A stretch of DNA of 64,000 nt, from positions 310,001 through 374,000 of the forward strand of contig OZ025740.1 in NCBI GenBank assembly GCA_964019335.1, read 5' to 3'. The notes under the pieces are model-generated. The model was not told where the DNA came from and made no database searches. It was given only the letters and a program-made list of their open reading frames with translations. The stretch is from Diplonema japonicum. Taxonomy: Eukaryota > Protista > Euglenozoa: Diplonemea. Positions 21,383-33,234 of this stretch are shown here, in pieces; positions within the stretch are counted from its first letter, which is position 1, and each line of letters starts with the position of its first letter. The translations under genes were made by a program, and so were the position numbers.

Positions 21383-22216
21383 CAGGGAGGAAATCAAAGG
21401 GGTCGAAATTAGGCCAAAACTGTGTCTCGCACATATGTGACACAAAGGCGCAAAAAAAACCACTTGTACCCTGAAATCCATTTCCCGGCCGAGTCTCAAC
21501 GACAACATGCAACTTAGATACCTAAAACGCCATTTTAATTTTTTTTTTTTTTTTTTTTACGACAGAAGCGGTACTTTTACTGTTATGTTTAAGCAATACT
21601 CAAGACTGAACACGGCTCAACAGTTCTGGCACGGCCGCTCAAAATTGTGAATACGTCACATAGAAGTCAGATAGATGCACAAAAAAAAACCCCCCCAAAT
21701 AGCGGTTGGTACGGGTGCGTTCTTTCTTTGTGCATCAGGTTTAAAAAAAACGAAAATTCAAGCGAAATAGCACATTCACAAGTGGGACTTTACCTAATAA
21801 AATAGCTCATTACGCTGCCATCAAACTATTTTTTAAAAGTCTCGACAACAATATTGTTTTAAAAAAAAAAAAAAAAAAAAAAGAAATTGGTACTTCATTT
21901 TGTTTGTGTGCACGAGTGGTATTTCACCTAATTAAAAAAAAGAACTACAAACGAGAAGATGACAGAGTGGGGGGTGGGGGGGGGGCATAATGCAAACCAT
22001 GTTAGAAGCAGGTATACTCAACACCCCCCCCCCCCCCCCCCCACAGACTAAGAGGAACATACTCTTTACCGTAATACAAAAAAAAAAGAGAGAACGTCCA
22101 GACATTCAATGCAAAGATGACTTCACCTGTGTGATGGGGGGGGGGATGGTTTTTTTCTTTTTCTTTTATTTATGGTGTTGCTACAAGTGGACCAAGCCCA
22201 ACACGCAAGGAGGCAC

Positions 22217-22269
<53 letters not shown>

Positions 22270-22665
22270 TTAGACGGAAGAAAAAAAAAAGAAAAGAGAG
22301 AAAAAAAAAGGGGGAAGGAAAAAAAAAATCCCCCCCCTTTCGAAAAGAACGGCTAGAGGCCACACCAAATTGCAGTCCCCCCTCCCCCTTTTTTTTGCTC
22401 AAATGTTCAAGGGGGGGAAAAAAAAAAGAGTGGAAAAAAAACCAAGGTATGGGCCATTTCTTTCTATAGACTACAAATCCCTAGGGGGAAAAAAAACCCT
22501 AATCTTTGGCATTCGTTCGTGCACACAGTACAAATCCTGAGATAAGGACTGCATACCACTCTTTTTTTTTTGTGTTTAAGCAGCTGAGCAGCCTAAAGGG
22601 GGTAGGGGGGTAGGTGGCTCTCAATTTCAGCCACCATATCTTGCGACTGTTGATGTTGATCTTAC

Positions 22666-22702
<37 letters not shown>

Positions 22703-22936
22703 CACAGGGGAGGTGTTAATCTTTGCTGTCAAGAGAGTGGGGTTGGACAAATATGGGTGGAAAGGGAGAAAAAATAGTGGGGGGTTTGTATTGAAATTTT
22801 CCGCTCCCCCCCCCCCCCCCGTGGGTGTGAATAAAAAATACTAGCGCTTCATTCTACTTGTGTGCATGAGCGTTATTTTTACCTAATAAAATCTCACTCA
22901 TTACACTAAGCAATCTTTTTTTTTTTCTTTTTTTTC

Positions 22937-24472
22937 CTATTCGCTCTCGTCCAAAGGAGGCAACATTGTTGCATTCTCACTGCACGTGACAGCGCCCCTA
23001 CAGTCCGGGCTCCTTCGGTTGGCAACCGGGTCCTCCCGCCACCGGGCCATCACACGTTCCTCGTCTTCTGCACTACAAGGCAGCTTCGGGTACCAAAGGC
23101 CAAGCCCGTCACACATAACGTTCAGGAGCACCTCCCCCGCCCCAAGCAGACCCTCCCCGTACATGTGAAGCCCATCAGGCGAATCGCTGGGGTACTGCTT
23201 TTGTATAGGGTACACGTTGAAGACAGGGAGGTTCAGACAGGACGCCACCTGCAGCATGATCTCCCGGTACACAGTAAGCTTGCCAACAGGGTTGCATGTC
23301 CTTATCCATGAGGCCTTGTCATGGTGGATGTAAGGTAGCATGTACAGGGCCATCGTGGTGTTCGGGCCTGCGAGGTTCCTGTACCTCGAGACGTGATCCT
23401 TGAGCCCAGTGTAGTATTGGTCTGTTCCACAGAAATGGGCACCCACGTCCCACGAGCCGACGGAGTAAAGGATGAACTTCGCTTTTGTTTTCAAGAAGCT
23501 CGAGACGTCGACAGGCGTTGTGGCCTTGTTGCCCCTCGTCATGGTCCCGAACTCGGTCATGGTGGACGGTGTCCAGATGTGTGCAGTGTGGTCAGGCCCC
23601 GCGATCTTGTCCTCCCTTATCTTCGACCGCCAGAACTTCACAATGAAGCTGTCGTGGTAGCTCCTCGACAGGGTGTCCCCGATGGACAGGAATGGGACGC
23701 TCTTCACACATAACGCACCTGAGGTGTCGTTGTACTGCTTGATGTCGCAGTTGTCGGGCACCCAGTGGGTGTCCACTAACTTCCCGGGGAAGACCTGTTC
23801 CGCTGTCTGGCATGCATTCTTCACACCACGTGGTTCAGAGGCATCCTGCACAACAGGGGGTGGTGGTGGGACTGGGTTCGTTGGTACCAACTGGACCACC
23901 TGTCGGACTGGCTGGTACATTGCGACTGCCTTCGCGCAAGCAACCTTGACGTCACCATCGTACCTCCAGAACTCTTCATGCCCTCCAACACAGATGGATT
24001 CTTGAATAGCGATAACAGTTGGCGTGCCTATCACCTGTGGGATGAACCCGATGCCTGAGCATTGTGCTGCGTATTGCAGCATCTCGTTGAGAGTAGGGTC
24101 TGTGTAGTGTCCCTTCAGGCCTATTCTCACGTCGTTCTTCAGTAGATGCCTGTAGTCGTCGATCTTTCCCATGATTGTGAGGTACTTGGCCTCCTTGTCC
24201 ATGCTTATCCCGAAGGCCCGCTCGGGGATCTCGATGGTCGACCACATCACGACAGGGCTGTTTGCGCTTGTCTTCCTGTCCCACAGAGTGTCCCGCACCC
24301 CGAGGGGTAAGTACCCAACGCCCCTTGGGTCCCCGTCTTGGCAGATGCTCTCCCGTTTAATAGCAACCAGCTGTTGCTGCTGCTGCACCACCTCAGGCGT
24401 CATCCACTTGCAGGTCGCCACTGTCAGGCCGTACAAGAACACCCCAGCAACCATGATCTTTATGAGTTCCAT
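22937..24472 (-). CDS. PC-esterase/TBL-like (SGNH-type) type II membrane protein, paralog 1
   Basis: N-terminal hydrophobic anchor from MELIKIM, then WVPDNCDI, FLSIGDTLSR and SPDGLHMY (DxxH). Confidence 0.8.
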   Translation of the reverse strand: MELIKIMVAGVFLYGLTVATCKWMTPEVVQQQQQLVAIKRESICQDGDPRGVGYLPLGVRDTLWDRKTSANSPVVMWSTIEIPERAFGISMDKEAKYLTIMGKIDDYRHLLKNDVRIGLKGHYTDPTLNEMLQYAAQCSGIGFIPQVIGTPTVIAIQESICVGGHEEFWRYDGDVKVACAKAVAMYQPVRQVVQLVPTNPVPPPPPVVQDASEPRGVKNACQTAEQVFPGKLVDTHWVPDNCDIKQYNDTSGALCVKSVPFLSIGDTLSRSYHDSFIVKFWRSKIREDKIAGPDHTAHIWTPSTMTEFGTMTRGNKATTPVDVSSFLKTKAKFILYSVGSWDVGAHFCGTDQYYTGLKDHVSRYRNLAGPNTTMALYMLPYIHHDKASWIRTCNPVGKLTVYREIMLQVASCLNLPVFNVYPIQKQYPSDSPDGLHMYGEGLLGAGEVLLNVMCDGLGLWYPKLPCSAEDEERVMARWREDPVANRRSPDCRGAVTCSENATMLPPLDESE

Positions 24473-24516
24473 TTTTTTTTTTTTTTTTTTTTTTTCCACC
24501 TCCCTCCCTCCTACTT

Positions 24517-24558
<42 letters not shown>

Positions 24559-24629
24559 CTTGAGGGATGTTTAATACTAATAAGAAACCCAGGGGGAGGG
24601 AGGTGGGGGACGAAAATATTCGAAACATC

Positions 24630-26695
24630 TCAGCCCCGAGGAAGCGGGGGCAGGACCGTGGAGTTATCTATGCAGACCCTAGTGGTTGGGAGGTCACATC
24701 CCGGGCTGAATCGGTTCGCAACAGGGTGGGCCCGCCAGCGTGCCTTGGCTCGGTCCTCGTCCTCAGGGGAGCAGGGAAGGTTGGGATGGATGAGCTCAAG
24801 CCCATCACACATGACATTGAGCAGCACCTCATCTGCCGCCAGTAGCGCACCATGGTACACATGCAGACCGTCAGAGAACTTTTCTGACTGTTTCTGCAAC
24901 TCATATATACTGAAGACGCCAAGCCCTGTGCATGATGCAAGCTGGAGGGTCATTTCTCTGAAGACCTCCAGCTTCTGTACAGGGTTGCAAATTCTCACCC
25001 ACTTGGCATTCCCCTCAAAGTGCACGAAAGGTAACGTCTCCAGCACCAGCCTTGTGTCCTCACCCAGAAGCCTTTTGTACTTCGCAATCTTCTGCTTGAT
25101 GACACTGTAGTACTGGTCCGTCCCACAGAAATGTGAACCCGAGTCCCACGCCGTGACAGAGTACAGTGCGAGCTTCGCTGTGTTCTTCATGAAACCCGAG
25201 ACGTCAACTGAAGGTGCGCCCTTTTTGCTAAGCGTTTTTGTTGAGAAGCGTTCAGCCGACGATGGGTTCCACACGTGGGTGGTGTACTGCGATGCGTTCT
25301 TGTCGCCCATCTCTGCAAACATCTTCGTGAAGCTGTCGGAGAAGAACCTGGACAGCGAGTCCCCCATCGCGAGGAAGGGGGTGCGCTTCACGCACTGCAC
25401 TGCGCGCTTGTCATCGTACTTCTCAATATCGCAGTTCTTCGGCACCCAATGCCGCCCCTGCACTTCCCCAGGGTATATGTCCTCGAGTCCCTTGCACTTT
25501 CTTCGTGGCTTGGCATCGCTAGCATTCACCGCTTCCCCCTGGTCCATTGCATTTGAAGGCTGTCGTTCTGTCGCGTTCCTGTCAGCCTTCGGCACTCGTT
25601 CCTCGTTGTGGGTTGCAAACCTGCCGCCGCCTTCTCCCATTTGTGTGGCGTTCCTGACCTGTGGGTTCTGTTCCTTATTTTTGTCCTCCATCTCGTGTAC
25701 TGTCTTCTCCTTCATGTCCTCAGTGACTTGCGGTTTTTGTTCTTTGTTCTTGTTCTCGTCTTTGTGCACCGCCTTCTCTTGCACGTCCTCAGCGACTTGC
25801 GGTTTTTGTTCCTTCTTGTCCTCCCCCTCGTGCACTGTCTTCTCTTTCATGTCCTCAGTGACTTGCGGTTTTTGTTCCTTCTTGTCCTCCCCCTCGTGCA
25901 CTGCCTTCTCCTTCATATCCTCAGTGACTTGTTCTTTGTTCGTATTCTTCACTTCTTGCATCGTCTTCTCCGCATCCGTAGTGATCTGCGGCTTCTGTGA
26001 GTTCGCATGTGGGTTTTCCTGTTCATGCCCCGGTCGGGGTTTGTCTTCGTGTGCCTTGGGCTTGATATCCATCGGCAGTGTGTTGGGTTGCTTTCCCAGA
26101 GGTGGTGCATGTCGTGGCTCGTTTATCTGAGGGTCGGTGATGTCTAGTAATTCAGGTTTGCGCTCCTGGAACAGCGCCAAAGCTGTTGTGCACGCTTCCT
26201 GCAGACTGCCGTTGTACTCCCAGAAGGCCTCGTTGCCCCCTCCGCAGATCGACCGCCGTATTGCTAGCACAGTGGGCCTGTTCCGGGTCTGCGGTATGAA
26301 CCCCGCCCCAGCACACCTTGCAGCATGGACCAACACTTCGTTCAACTTTGGGTTTGCAGCGTTCCCCTTCAGCCCTATTTTCGCCCGCTCAGGTAGGAGG
26401 TTCCTGTACCCCTCTATCCGCCCCAGTACGGAGTGAAATAGTTCCTTCCGCTGCCAGCTGCTGTACTCTCTATCGTGCAACTCGATAGCTGCCCACCGCA
26501 CTTTGCTTATCACGTCCTCTGTCTCCTTATCCCACATGGAGTCCCGCACGCCTAAGGGGAGGTACCCTGCACCAACAGGGTTCCCATCTGTGCATATCGT
26601 GCTCTGCGGCTTCTTCTTCACCTTGATCTCTGTGGGCACCATCATCGTGATAGCCGACACCATGACAAGCAGGAAAACGATCTGTTTGATGTCCA

Positions 26696-26696
<1 letters not shown>
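24630..26696 (-). CDS. PC-esterase/TBL-like type II membrane protein, paralog 2, with a repetitive stem
   Basis: Anchor from MDIKQIV, then WVPKNCDI, FLAMGDSLSR and SDGLHVY. About 5 copies of EQKPQVTEDMKEKTVHEGEDKK. Confidence 0.82.
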
Positions 26697-26727
<31 letters not shown>

Positions 26728-26915
26728 CCGTGGCTGGGGTGAAGTGGTAGGTAAGCTAACAAAAAAAAGGGGGGGGGGCATCTTTTACAAAAGAAAAAAA
26801 GTAGCTTTTCAAGTCAGTAAAAAAAAAGGGGGGGTAAGGAATCGTATCAACTAGTTAAAACCAGTTTGTGCAGAAATAACGAGAGAAAATGAAAAAAGAA
26901 GAAAAAGGATAACAT

Positions 26916-28292
26916 CTAGTCCTTCTTTTTCTTCTTTTTCTTAGCAAAGTGGGTGTTCACGTGTGCATGCATTGCAGACTCCGATGTGCCTACATCGAAG
27001 GTGCTTCCGCACATAGGGCAGGCGTGGGACACGAGTTTAGCTTTATCATGTGTAGGGTTTGCCTTGTCTTGTTTTTCGTGCTGTTCTTCAGGCTGGGGCT
27101 CCTTTGCAGCATGGCACACAGAACACGTACTTGCATCTTCCATGTTGATGAGGGTGCAGTTGGGACACGCCCAGCAGCCAAACACACTGAGAGCCTTGGC
27201 AATCACACCTTCTTGCTTACCTTTTGCGGTTTGTTTAAGCGCAGTATGAAATGCCTCAATGAGGGCGGGCTTTGGGACGGTGGACAACCGGGGATCCTTG
27301 ACAGCACCATGAACAGCCTTTATGAAACCCTCCTCAGTAGAGGAGAGCTTGTCAGCACAAGCGACCCGCTTTGCAATGATCCCTCCTGCATCAGTTGGGT
27401 CGGTGAACAGGCCCATGCGCACCCACATGATGAAGCGGGTCACGTCGGCGACAGAATACTTCAGCTTGTTTGTCAACTGGAAGAAGAGGTCTGCCTTGTG
27501 CATTGTGTCTAGCTTTCCTGGATCGGTCCCGGTACTGCTGAGCCGTTGCTTGCACTCTGTGATCATCTTGCTCCTCCCTTCTCTGTTTGTCACATCTATC
27601 GCTACCTTCTCTTGTGGTGCCGTGTTGCGTATTTCATACGACTCTGCTGAGAAGCTGCTCACCTGCCCAGCGCCTCGTGTGACCTTCTGTCTTTTCGGAG
27701 CGGGGGGTGATGGAAGGCGTGGTTTTTCTTGCTCTTCTTCTTTTTTGGTTTTCTTGCGTTTCTTCTCTTTCTTCTCTTTCTTCTCTTTTTTTTCTGTCGA
27801 CGAAACCGCCTTCTTCTTCGTCACGCACTCTGCACAGTATAGCCCTGCAGGGGGTGGGTCTTCTTGCAGTGTCGGGGTACTGCAGTAGGTGTGCTGCCGG
27901 TTGTTGCAAATGAAGCATTTTAAAAGCAAGGCATCGTTGTCGGCAGCACCGCAGGCAAAGCACACAACCCAGTCATCGTCGGAGGACGGGTAAGCTCCAC
28001 CGCCCCCACCTTCAGTCGAGTCGTCCGAGTCAGAAGAGTCCTCGAAGGTTTGTTTCTTGATGGTTTTAACCTTTCCTACCTGTTCCCCTGTTGCCACCAC
28101 CACTTTTGCTACTTTGTTGAACTCCGTTCGGCATAATGGGCACTGGCTGCTTCTTTCGGACCACTGGCATATGCATTCGTGGCAAAATGTATGGCCGCAC
28201 GCTTTCTTTACTCGACCCCTCACATAGCTCACCACCCCTTGCACTTTGCTCTCTTCTTGGCACACTGCACATGTTATCTTTCCATCAGACAT
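26916..28292 (-). CDS. RING + PHD + RanBP2-type ZnF + UBZ-like protein (probable nuclear E3 ligase)
   Basis: CAVC..CGHTFCHECI..CPLC; CFAC..CFIC..HTYC..CAEC; WACPNCTLIN..CSVC; CPMC..HVNTH; Lys-rich segments. Confidence 0.88.
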   Translation of the reverse strand: MSDGKITCAVCQEESKVQGVVSYVRGRVKKACGHTFCHECICQWSERSSQCPLCRTEFNKVAKVVVATGEQVGKVKTIKKQTFEDSSDSDDSTEGGGGGAYPSSDDDWVVCFACGAADNDALLLKCFICNNRQHTYCSTPTLQEDPPPAGLYCAECVTKKKAVSSTEKKEKKEKKEKKRKKTKKEEEQEKPRLPSPPAPKRQKVTRGAGQVSSFSAESYEIRNTAPQEKVAIDVTNREGRSKMITECKQRLSSTGTDPGKLDTMHKADLFFQLTNKLKYSVADVTRFIMWVRMGLFTDPTDAGGIIAKRVACADKLSSTEEGFIKAVHGAVKDPRLSTVPKPALIEAFHTALKQTAKGKQEGVIAKALSVFGCWACPNCTLINMEDASTCSVCHAAKEPQPEEQHEKQDKANPTHDKAKLVSHACPMCGSTFDVGTSESAMHAHVNTHFAKKKKKKKD

Positions 28293-28738
28293 TCTTCTGG
28301 ACGCGAATGTGTACAGGGAGTGGGGGGGGGGGGGGGGGGGCTACTTATACTTAGAATTTCGAGGGGGGGGAGAGAAAGAAAATAAAGAAAAGGAAGGGTA
28401 TGTGTGTAAATACTTTAAAATAACGAGAAAGCCCACTACCCTCCCCCAAGCGGAGATTTAAGGGGATCTTTAGCTGAACGATTGCCGGTATTTTGTCATG
28501 AACTCGAGTTTCCTTAAAGCGTGAATTAAAGAGCCCACAAGTGTGTGAAGTAATTTCAGAAGAGTGTAATAAAACCAATAATTGTTAGGAGACCCAGGGG
28601 GAAGGGGTTATTTGGGATTGTAAGAACTTTTCTTTTGATGAAGTATTTATTAAAAGATAACTTAAAAAATAGTTTAAAAAAAAAAAAAGAAAATACAGAA
28701 AGAAAAACATGTTGCCATGCGATCCTATTTTATTACTT

Positions 28739-28784
<46 letters not shown>

Positions 28785-28856
28785 AGAAAGGAAAGAAAAA
28801 GAAAAAGAAAATAGAAAACACAATGCAAGGCAGAAGGGGTGATGTGACTAAAAACA

Positions 28857-30155
28857 TCACAATGTGCATCTTGAGTTCTTCTTCTGGTTCTGGACGGCTA
28901 CGAAGGCGACAACACCCGCAACTAGCATACCGAAAACAGGTAGATACCCAAGTGTAGGATGCTGGAACGCATGTGCGGTGAAGCGAGGAACAGCGCCCTG
29001 TGTCTCCTTGCTCGGACCACCAGCACCACTCCCAACAAGCACTGTGTTGCGATCGACCAGCTCCAACGAGGCAGTGTAGTTCCACAACAACACACTGCCA
29101 GAGTCCTTGAACTCCAGCAAGGTGGACGGCCTCGTCGCCACTGTGACCACCTTGACAGAAGTGACATAGTCTTTCAAATCGGCAGCCGCACAGTCCTTGA
29201 ACCCAAGCCTCTTGTCGTGGTTCCCCACCACCAGAACCTTGTTGTCGCTCCCACAGGTGTATGTGTAGTACTGTGCCGAATCAGGGTGGTCACGAAGGAA
29301 CACGGTGTTGAAGGTGGTTGCCATGCATTCCGGCTTGAGATGTCTCTGCGCGAAGTTCAAACTTTTGTGTTGGTCCCACCAACAGCTTTTCAACGGGAGC
29401 GCGGTGGGCGGTCCTGTGTACGAAATATGGTTGACATGCCCAAGAGAGATCGCGTCCCGTAAGATGACAGCAGCATGCAAGGCATCCAGCCCCTTGATGT
29501 CGGCAGGTGTGGGCAACCTTCCCACGGTGAGTTCCTCTGGTACATACACAACGTTGAAGCCGATGGTGGCGAAGACTCTGTAACCGGATTTCTTGAGGTG
29601 CTTTTCGATGTTGTCCTTGTTGGACAGCACTTCGATGATCAGTGCTTTTGGGCGGCATGTTCTCAAATCGACAGAATTCAAGACAGTCAACTCATGCCTC
29701 TCGACATCGATAGATAGTAGGTCAATGGTGTTGTTGAGGATACGCTTGCAGATATCGCCAAGGCTCACAGTCAGGACCTGCTCGGTTTCCTTATCATGCT
29801 TATTGGACGGTTCTAATGAGGCGAGCTGGCCTGAGCTCCAGAGCTTCATTCGTTTCAGGGTTTCTGAGCTGACGGCATTTCGTAGATGTATGTCACCCTC
29901 ACGGTCTGCGATATGGGTTCTGATGTGCACCAGGCTTGGGTCCACCACCACGCCATTCCACCCTAGTGTATGGAACAGCTTTGAGTTGCTGTGCAGGAAG
30001 GCGTGGTTTGCACCGACGTCGATATATCTCCCACGGACCACTCCAAGCCTTTCGAAAATCCACCGTCTCACAAGGATATCTTCGTGGTCTGCTGAGAACG
30101 AAATATCCACGTGTCCCACTAGTGTGCATGCAATCACAGTCATGAATAGTAGCAT
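28857..30155 (-). CDS. FkbM-family SAM methyltransferase with signal peptide and C-terminal TM
   Basis: YIDVGANH..SNS..LGWNGVVVDP, IDLLSIDVERHELTVL, PKALIIE, and a hydrophobic C-terminal segment. Confidence 0.85.
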   Translation of the reverse strand: MLLFMTVIACTLVGHVDISFSADHEDILVRRWIFERLGVVRGRYIDVGANHAFLHSNSKLFHTLGWNGVVVDPSLVHIRTHIADREGDIHLRNAVSSETLKRMKLWSSGQLASLEPSNKHDKETEQVLTVSLGDICKRILNNTIDLLSIDVERHELTVLNSVDLRTCRPKALIIEVLSNKDNIEKHLKKSGYRVFATIGFNVVYVPEELTVGRLPTPADIKGLDALHAAVILRDAISLGHVNHISYTGPPTALPLKSCWWDQHKSLNFAQRHLKPECMATTFNTVFLRDHPDSAQYYTYTCGSDNKVLVVGNHDKRLGFKDCAAADLKDYVTSVKVVTVATRPSTLLEFKDSGSVLLWNYTASLELVDRNTVLVGSGAGGPSKETQGAVPRFTAHAFQHPTLGYLPVFGMLVAGVVAFVAVQNQKKNSRCTL

Positions 30156-30175
30156 TTCTTTTTCTTTCCTTTTTT

Positions 30176-30210
<35 letters not shown>

Positions 30211-30369
30211 TATCTGGGGGTTTTTTTTCTGGCTCTTTCAATATTAAAAAAAAAAAAAAGAAGAAGAAGAAGCTTGATGATTTAAAGGAAGCCGGTGGGG
30301 GCACCCTGCACAAGCACCATATACTTGAAGAAGCAAAATAACCGTATATACCCAGAAACGACATGTTTT

Positions 30370-30745
30370 GTTTCACTTATCAAAGGTGGCAACGACCTCA
30401 GAAGCAGTGGTTGCATTTATCGAACCCTCTTCCTGTGATTCCTGCAACACCGCAAACTTCACATGCCACCATGGCCATACCTGCTGTGTCCCCTTGCACA
30501 CGATCTGTTGCCACTGCAAAGGGGTGGCAATTCGGATGGTGAACTCAAGCTCTCTATAAAACTCGGGACTGACACCTACAATATACTCCTTCAGAGTTTA
30601 AATGGACTTCATTGTTTCATAAAATGAAGTCCAGCGGGTCTTTGTGTATCTTCTGATTTGTCGTTTTTGTCAGGGTGTATCCCATGTGATACCTGGACAG
30701 TGTGGAGTACCACTCGTCCGGTTTTTGGTGTCCACTTTTTTATAA
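30370..30745 (-). mobile_element. Degenerate hAT transposase fragment (second copy)
   Basis: Reads LHTVQVSHG..RQIRRYTKTRWTSFYETMKS..PFAVATDRVQG, paralogous to 33400-33650. Confidence 0.75.
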
Positions 30746-30747
30746 CA

Positions 30748-31876
30748 CTCTATATTCGCTAAGTGACCCACCAGAACCCGCATTTTGAAGAGCTAAAAAA
30801 ATTTCTAATTGCTTTTTCTAGGGCTGGAATGGATTTATTTGCGTCCAGGGCCCAATGTTCGACATATGGAATTCTTTTTTGTAATAAATTTTTTTTTGGT
30901 GATTTGCCTTACTTTGTACTTTACAAAATGAAGCAGCTCCAGTGGAAAAAACACAGCACAAGTGGGGTTCTTGAAATGATTTTAAGTCAGAATAGAGAAG
31001 TGAAAAAATAGATAAAAAGGGGTGGGAAAGAATAAATACTGCATACGAAAACAGAGAGTCGAATAAAAAAGGAAAAAGGTGACTGACATCCTCAAGAGGA
31101 GCCTCTCACATACCAGGAATTAAGCAGAGGTTGCTTCCATGGCCTGTATCAGTCTATCGCTGGAAAGAATAATGAAAATAACGAATGAAGCGAAAAAGGA
31201 AAAGAGAAAAGACGGCCTGGTCACCAGGAAGTGCTGGTTCAGATGCGTCGGCGGATGCAGCTTAACGTCATACCCAGGACTGAAAACATGTAGGAAAAGG
31301 AAAAAGCAGAAAGGGTAATAACAAGCTTAAAATTGGAAAGAAAATGGAAAGGGTGGAAACTAAATAATAGGGTGCAAGGTCTGTGAAACCTTGCATAGCC
31401 TATCACCCTCATAGCATGCCAGGCTGGCACTCCTACATTGTAGGGTTGTTTCCAATAGTTCCTAGTTGTAGGAATGCAGGACAGTCGACCACTGTGATTC
31501 GTTGTAATAGAGGGTCCTGGCCCCTACAAAGCCAGCAGCAGGGCTGCCATGGTCGAGTAGGACTTGTCCCCAAACCCTTGGGTTTGCAGCAGAAAGCCCT
31601 GTTCCTGGTGGGATGCATAGTGCCACGTTGAGCTGTGACAGACCAGCAGGCACGGGATCACAACTTATGTGTCAAGGGGGACCGTGACCAGGGGCCTCAC
31701 CCAAGAAGTGAGTGCACACCCTGGACATGCAATTGGGGTCAAAAATGCAGCACAAGTGGGGTTTGAACCCTGATGAAAAAACCACTGTGTCAGGATTCAA
31801 ACCCACGACTCCTGGAACAAGGGGGCCTGACAGGTGAGAATGGTAACCACTCTACCACACAGGAATTCAAAACTCT
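30748..31876 (-). mobile_element. tRNA-derived SINE-like element interrupted by a 0.78-kb insert
   Basis: 30748-30969 plus 31748-31876 together equal the intact copy at 40355-40681. Confidence 0.7.
30970..31747 (-). mobile_element. Probable 5'-truncated non-LTR retroelement inserted in the SINE
   Basis: CAGCACAAGTGGGGTT is duplicated at 30954-30969 and 31748-31763. Degenerate CWLC...DCPAF knuckle-like peptide. Confidence 0.5.
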
Positions 31877-31892
31877 TTAACTAAACTAACTA

Positions 31893-32450
31893 AAACACCT
31901 GAAAAGTGGTTTTTTACCTCAGAAAAATTGATTTTTTTCCATAAGGGTACCTATATCAGGCCTAGTAATGGTCTATCTGTTGGTTTTCTCTCCTTTATGA
32001 CTTACCCTTCTCATTCTTTGTATTTACCCCCCTTTTTTTTACTGTACTTTATTGGGTGCATGGGGTGCTGGAAAAAAAAAAAAAAAATAGTGTCCAAAAA
32101 ATTGTTTTTCCTCCCAAAAAAAGTGGCCAAAAACACCCTTAAATTGATTTTTTCTCAAAAAAAAAATTTTTTCCCTCAAAAATACCTATTCTAGACCTCA
32201 ATGAGGCTAATAGTGAAAGTGAGATGGTCATGGGTCAAAAAAAAAGGGCCCAAAGAATTTTTTTCCTCACAAAAAAAATTGTCAAAAACACCTGGAAAGT
32301 GATATTTTACCTCAGAAAAAAAGATTTTTTTCACAAAGGGCACCTGTACTTAGCCTAGTAATGGTCCATCTGTCATTTTTCTTTCCTTTATAACTTACCT
32401 TTCTCATTCTTTGTATTTCCCCCCCCCCTGTTTTTACTGTACTTTATTGG
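31893..32450. repeat. Diverged tandem duplication (about 390-bp period)
   Basis: AAAACACCTG.AAAGTG...CTGTACTTTATTGG at 31893-32055 and 32285-32450. Confidence 0.75.
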
Positions 32451-32530
32451 CAAGTTGTTTTAAAAAATAACCTAACCCAACAAGACACCCCAATAGAACC
32501 AGCAAATCTGTCAGAAAAGACTACCTGATA

Positions 32531-32686
32531 CAGTGATGGGTGAATCTGGTCTGGTCCGGTGTACCCATTTTACCAGACTGACCAGACTGACCGGATCAGC
32601 CAGACTGACCGGACTGACCAGACTCAAAAATTTTCTGCAATTTTTGACACACCTGCAAACACTTTTTTTTCAAATATTTTTGGACA

Positions 32687-32717
<31 letters not shown>

Positions 32718-33234
32718 GCCTTTTTTTTTTTTTTTTTTTTTTTTTTCTTTTTCTTCTTCTTCTTGCATTCTGCATCGTGTCCTTAATCACTGTGGCCAAG
32801 TTGTAGCTTCTTCTGTACTCCATGTCATATCCTTAATGTGTGTGGGGTTCAGCTCAACCCTAGCTGTGGCACCTTGGGTAACCAAGATTCTGCACTATTT
32901 GGCTAGGCCTTGTTCCCAGTTTCTGTGGGTAACTCTTCTGTGGGTAAGGGTACTTAGTCAGCTTACCCAAGCACCCCAAAAGACTTCAAAATACTGAAGC
33001 AGCAGAAAAAAAGGAGCCAGTGGCCATGCCAGGTATGGGAAGGCCTGATTAGAGATGGTGACAGTGGCAATGCCAGCAACAGTGGCAGCTCTTACTCAAC
33101 AAAAGGAGGGAAAACAACTTGTATTGTAACCTATCTTGTATGGCCCAGTTCAGTCCAGTCCAGTCCGGTCTGGTCTGGTCTGGTCCAGTCTGGTCCAGTC
33201 CGGTCTAGTCCTAATTAGGATTCACCCATCACTG
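32531..33234. mobile_element. MITE, TIR CAGTGATGGGTGAATC, 7-bp TSD CCTGATA
   Basis: Perfect 16-bp TIRs. CCTGATA at 32524-32530 and 33235-33241. CCAGA/CCGGA subterminal repeats. Confidence 0.92.
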
